From: Macrostomum lignano
Lineage: Eukaryota
Assembly: GCA_002269645.1 (NCBI GenBank)
Contig: NIVC01003665.1
Span: 20,248 to 84,247 of the forward strand
Reading direction: 5' to 3'
Length of the DNA stretch: 64,000 nucleotides
Shown: piece after piece, positions 59,102 to 64,000 of the stretch
Layout: each line of letters starts with the position of its first letter
Position numbering within the stretch: position 1 is the first letter of the stretch
Position numbers and translations under genes: made by a program
Notes under the pieces: generated by a model
Told to the model about the DNA's origin: nothing
Seen by the model: only the letters and a program-made list of their open reading frames with translations
Database searches by the model: none

Positions 59102-62100
59102 GTAAAACATCTAAAAACTAGAGATCATTTACTTTTAAGTAAAAAGCAACTTAGATTATTTTAAGAGGGAGAACTTTATATATTTTGAAGCAAAAAATTG
59201 CTTACATTTACGGATTTTTTTAACGAAAAACCCTATTAAACTTAACTGTTTAACTGTTAAAAAGTTGAAAAAATTATATCCAAGATAAGATAATAAACTA
59301 TACGTGTCTTATTGGTTACTAAAACAAGTTACTATTAATTTAATATTTAAATAGTGGTAACTGGTAATATTCAGTTTTAAATTTACTTATGTAAAAATTC
59401 GTAAGTGTTGAAAACGATAAAAATTTTTACTTCAGTACCTATTAATAATAATAATGAAAATAACAGATGTGTGTGTACTACAAAATTAGGAGCGCTAATC
59501 AGATTTGCAATACTCTTTATGGTATAATAAATCCATATACTAAAAATAGTCTGCCGGTATCTATCTAGGTAGGTAGGTACGCTCGTATGTGATCGATTTT
59601 TGCAAAAACGGCTGAACCGATTTTGTTCGAAATTTTGCCCTTTCTCAGCAAAAGCTCAAAGAAGAGCGGGAAGCGAGGCGGCATCGTCTCGACGAGCGGC
59701 ACCACCACCTGCTGGCTCAAGTTGCCGATTTCTACTGCATAGAAAAGTCCGAAGTAGAAGACGGCATTCTCGATGGCAACAACGTGGACCAGATGGAGTT
59801 ATTCTTTGCTGCAGGAGGAACTTGCAAAATTCTGGTGCACTATCAAGAACCGGACCTCGATAAAGAAGGGCGTAAGTGATCAAAATAGATCATGAGCAAA
59901 TGATATGCTACCAAAAGATGTTATCCAACCGGTAGAGTTTACTCTATTAAATTTACAGATAACATTTATTTCTTTTCTAACATCTTTCAGCGCTTTAACT
60001 ACATGTATATTCAGGAGCGACGGTATTTCTACAAAAGAAATTACTCCATGTTTGTCGACGATTTCACAATTTGCCTGATATCAAGAGTAATTTCACTTCA
60101 CTTCTCTCATATTAATAAAAGTGACACAAAGATTAACATATTTTTACGAGTCTTGAAACACTGAAAGTTAATAGTGATGAAATTGTACAGTTCACTGGTG
60201 CTGAGCAATGCACGATATTTTATCACTACTAGTTTATAGTCACAAGAAGTTTTTTCAGTGGTACGTCTCGTGGTATTTAGTCAAAAAATGAGATACTTTT
60301 TGGTGTTAGGCTCGTATTATTATAAAATTCGTTCAAGTATAAATAATTCTGAAAAGAACTAACGATCTTCAGGTCTCCTCTAGAATTTTACAACTCAAAG
60401 TACTCGTACTGACTTTGGAATTCAAAAGGTCTGATTTTAAGTGTGCATTTTCATAATATTATTTTTTGCGTTTTCAAAAACCATGGGCATAGGGAGCGCC
60501 ATTACATTTGATAGGGACGTCATTTCATTTGATTTACTGAGCGTCAACTCATTTGATGTGGGTGTCATTTAATTTGAAAGGGGCGTCACCTCATTTGATG
60601 TGGGTGTCATTTCATTTGAAAGGGGCGTCAACTCATTTGATGTGGGTGTCATTTAATTTGAAAGGGGCGTCACCTCATTTGATGTGGGTGTCATTTCATT
60701 TGAAAGGGGCGTCACCTCATTTGATGTGGATGTCATTTCATTTGTCAGAGGCGTGATTTCACCGTCATTTATTATAAAAATTTGGTTTACCTTATCTTAG
60801 TAACGCTTGAACCGAACCAAGTAGTTGCGTAACATCCGCCTGCCCCAATCAAACTCTTCCAGCCGACCAGATCCGCATCGGGCAGCCGGGCAGCAAGTCC
60901 ACTCGGGCGCAGAAGCCGCGCATTTTCGTGTCGGACGGCAGCTCGGCGCCGATTCGCGGCCCCTGCGCCGTTTTCATGCGGCCAGACAGCCAGCAGGCCG
61001 TCACCGAGGCCAACATCTCGCGCGACGTCACCTTCTTTAGCATCGACGGTTCCGACGGCATACTGCGAGGCGTTGAGCAGGTTCTGTCAACTGTACTGGT
61101 GCCGCAGCTCCGCGAGCTGCAGGGCAGCGGCTGGGGCCAGCTCGAGTGCCAGGAGCACGCGAGGGAGCAGTTTCTGAACGGCTTGGAGAACTTCGTCAAT
61201 ATGCTCAACAGTGAGTGCAGACTGAGATACTTACGAGTATTAATCATGATTATTTCCTGACTAAGAAAGCTTCCAGGATTCGAAAAAATCAATTTGAAAG
61301 TTTATTCGAGATGATCTTCAAGGTGTGGTGTAGCTTATCGTAATTAACCATCCTCCACAAAGACAGCACCTCTTTCGTACAGTTTTATATTTAGTTTATC
61401 TTACAGGGCTTCTCTAGGGTCTCTCATATGCACAAGAAGAATCAATAGCAAATTTATGTGGCCACGCAGAATCGAACCGAGTAGTGCCTTTGACGTGAAA
61501 GTCGGACACGTTCACACTTACTCTGCGGCCGCAAAAACTAAGATATAATTTCCTGTATTATATCTTCTTTGCAGCCGCTCAGGAAACAATTAACGACCGC
61601 GTTGTCCTGAAACCGTGCACCGGTTTTGACTTGAAGCGCCTGAAGACCATCACGGACATCAATCAGGCTGCCTCGCAGGCCGACAGTCTGGCAGCTGTGG
61701 AAGAGTGCGCAGCCAGCTGGATGAAGCAGATCGAGCAGGTGCTAGCCGAGACTGAGCAGATTCGCCGAGAGGCTGACAACGTTGGACCCCGAGCAGAGTT
61801 GGATTACTGGAAGAGGCGAATGGCCAAGTTCAACTACCTGCTTGATCAGCTGAAATCTAACGATGTCAAGCAGGTGCTAGGCGTGCTAAACGCTGCCAAA
61901 TCAAAGTCACTGAAGGTGAGCGTTGTAACTTATTCTGTTTAAAATATCATTCAGTACAATCGTGTTTTTAGTGGTTCTTGTATTCGATTTTGCGATTTTT
62001 TGATTAAGCAGACTTTTAGCTCAGCGCCCGTTAACGCATCTAGGGCCTCAATCATGAGACCAATCCCTAAGGCGCAGAATAGGTACACAAATGCTTGAAA

Positions 62101-64000
62101 AATGAATGATGCACATATGATGACTGAGAAATGATGAATGAGAAATGCAAGAATGAGGACTGAGAAAGTCAAGACCGCTGTATACCCATACCCTTTGTGT
62201 TGGCGTCCTGTGTACATATCCTTGTGTGTGTATTTGTGTCCGTGAGGAACATTTACTGACTAACTCCCTACACATTTGATCGTTGTAGCTGATGAACTCG
62301 TAGTAAAATTTCGAGACATTAATTTTAAAGATCAATTGAGAACCCTTTTCATCAATATCTATAATGTTTAGTAAACTGCTTCTTTGAGATCAGTTAGTAC
62401 TCGTATGAATACATGTACTTTTCAAAACATAAAAATGTTCCTTGGCTTGGCTTGTTTGCCTGGGCTAAAACCGATGGTGTGAGGAGAGCGCGCCAGTCCT
62501 AGCCTTGCCGTTGCTATAGCAACCAATAAGCTCCCACTCTTTCCTCTCTCTCTCTCTTCTCTTCCACATTGCTCTGCTCCTCTTCAACCTGCTCACAATG
62601 CCCAACCAAAGCTCATTTCTGTCCAGTAGACTTCCATTCAGCTAGCCCAGGTGTCTCTGTAAGTGCGGTACCGCCAACCCCATGCTGTTGCTTGACAACG
62701 AGGCTCGTAAAAGGCAGGAAAGAATTGCTGGGCTAGTAAGGGGAGAGGAATAGGCTAATAGGAAAGGGCTTGGGGCTGATTGGAATCGCCATGGAGATGG
62801 GGCTGGAGGGAAAGTAAGGAAGAGCGCAGTGAATCTGCTTTGCAGGAAGCATACTTAATCGCCACTACGACAAAAAATTCTATTGAAATTTATTTGGACT
62901 AGGAAAACCTGCTGAGCATTATAACTGAGCTACGTAGCATAGTGGCTTGATGAATTTTTCCGTTGAAAGATGCAACAATTTAGCAAAAACGATTCTAAAT
63001 TTTGGTGCAAAGACACAATAGCTAGTACTGCTAGTAGTCAGTCAATGTATCTAAAGTATTAAATTGAAATCAGAAACTCATTTCGTAAAATAACAAATTT
63101 ACTTCTGCATCCCCGACTTCTCTAACCGTCACCAAGACCTGGTTCGAGATGGACCGCCGCATCACGGACAACGCTAACGAAGCCAAAGACAATGTGAAAT
63201 TCTTGTACACATTGGACGAGCACTGCATGCCTCTGTACCACAGCGACCCGGTGAAGATGGTGGACATGATCCCGAAGCTGATCAACGGCATCCGCATGAT
63301 TCACAGCATCTCCCGGTACTACAACACGTCTGAGCGCATGACTTCGCTCTTTGTGAAAGTCACCAACCAGATGATCACAGCCTGTAAGAGCTACATAAGC
63401 CAGGGAGGTAGCGAGACAATCTGGTCCCAGCCAACCGCTGACGTCATCTCGCAGCTGAAAGACTGCATTCGGCTGAACGAAGAGTACCAGGCCTGCTTCC
63501 AGAGGACCAAGCAGAAACTGGAGCAGATGCCCGGCGAGAAACGATTCGAATTCTCTGAGATGTACATCTTCGGCAAATTTGACACTTTCTGTCGTCGGCT
63601 GAAGAAGATTATTGAAATGTTTCAGACCATGGAGCTGTTTGCTCACCTGTCCGACTCCAAGATCGAGGGCATGGAAATGATGGCAGCCAAGTTCAACGTT
63701 ATCGTCGTGGGCTTGAAGAAGAAACCGTACGACTTTTTGGACCAGCGCAGGACTGACTTTGACAACGACTTTGAAGATTTCAAGAGACAGATTCAGGAAT
63801 TGCAGGTATGTCAGATTGGTCTCTTAAACACTAACAGTCAGTTCCACTGACAATTTAATGGCGCGATTAATTAAAATCTTTCAGGGCAGCATCCAAGGCT
63901 TCATGGACAGCCGTTTGAGAAGCTGACCAGCTCGCAGCGAGCCCGCTTTATCCAAACGCTTAAACGATTCGAGCGTCTGAAGATACCACGCCTGGGCATC
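58997..64000 (+). CDS. DNAH5: Axonemal outer-arm dynein heavy chain (DNAH5/DNAH8-like), 5' partial, 6 exons in window
   Basis: Exons 58997-59101, 59649-59871, 60863-61210, 61575-61915, 63137-63805, 63885->64000, GT-AG with consistent phases. Motifs [97 protein letters not shown] recall the DHC N-terminal region of DNAH5 (from memory, not a computed alignment). Confidence 0.9.
59649..59871 (+). CDS. DNAH5: Dynein HC exon 2
   Basis: [35 protein letters not shown]; acceptor tttctcag, donor C|GTAAGT. Confidence 0.85.
60510..60755. repeat. 42-bp minisatellite (dimer of 21-bp subunits) in dynein intron 2
   Basis: TCATTTGATG recurs at 60549 and 60591. Confidence 0.9.
60863..61210 (+). CDS. DNAH5: Dynein HC exon 3
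   Basis: [35 protein letters not shown]; donor A|GTGAGT. Confidence 0.88.
61458..61532 (-). pseudogene. Degenerate tRNA-like sequence (TTC/Glu-type loop), possibly a tRNA-derived SINE head, in dynein intron 3
   Basis: 75 nt; acceptor stem GCGGCCG/TGGCCAC (1 mismatch, 1 GU); T-loop/B-box GGTTCGATTC; CTTTCAC loop; D and anticodon stems broken. Confidence 0.45.
61575..61915 (+). CDS. DNAH5: Dynein HC exon 4
   Basis: [45 protein letters not shown]; donor AAG|GTGAGC. Confidence 0.92.
62510..62523. promoter_or_regulatory. RFX X-box-like perfect palindrome GTTGCTATAGCAAC (dynein intron 4)
   Basis: Fits the GTYNCYATRGNAAC X-box pattern; a second 13-bp variant GTTGCTTGACAAC lies at 62687..62699. 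Confidence 0.55.
63137..63805 (+). CDS. DNAH5: Dynein HC exon 5
   Basis: [24 protein letters not shown]...[10 protein letters not shown]; 669 nt, phase 0-0; donor CAG|GTATGT. Confidence 0.95.
63885..64000 (+). CDS. DNAH5: Dynein HC exon 6 (partial; apparent frameshift near 63912)
   Basis: Acceptor aatctttcag; GSIQGFMDS in the spliced frame, then FEKLTSSQR...[14 protein letters not shown] in a shifted frame. Confidence 0.75.

Overview
Eukaryotic (metazoan) genomic DNA; the GC-rich exons and minisatellite-packed introns suggest a Macrostomum-like flatworm, but that is an unverified guess. Three protein-coding genes are supported. (1) An intronless stomatin/band-7 (SPFH) gene at 257..1555 (+). 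(2) A complete 18-exon Dscam-family gene on the minus strand (53258..21407), assembled by hand from GT-AG sites. All exon phases agree, giving 6984 nt (2327 aa plus stop): signal peptide, 9 Ig, 4 FNIII, Ig, 2 FNIII, TM and a tail ending TVV. (3) The 5' part of an axonemal outer-arm dynein heavy chain (DNAH5/8-like, from 58997, +), with an apparent 1-nt frameshift near the window end. Most long ORFs in the supplied track are artefacts of tandem repeats, of which there are about 40 arrays. Main points for follow-up: 15 of 17 Dscam introns hold their own tandem arrays, some starting at the splice site; introns 5 and 6 share a perfect 33-nt reverse complement that brackets exon 6; a 13-copy GTCACGTGAC array has diverged spacers; several unrelated-looking minisatellites share a CTGACACCCAA core; and the dynein gene has intronic RFX X-boxes. 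No CRISPR/cas locus, intact transposase or RT gene, or mutually exclusive Dscam exon cluster was found. Domain and family calls come from motif recognition, not computed alignments. Repeat boundaries are approximate.
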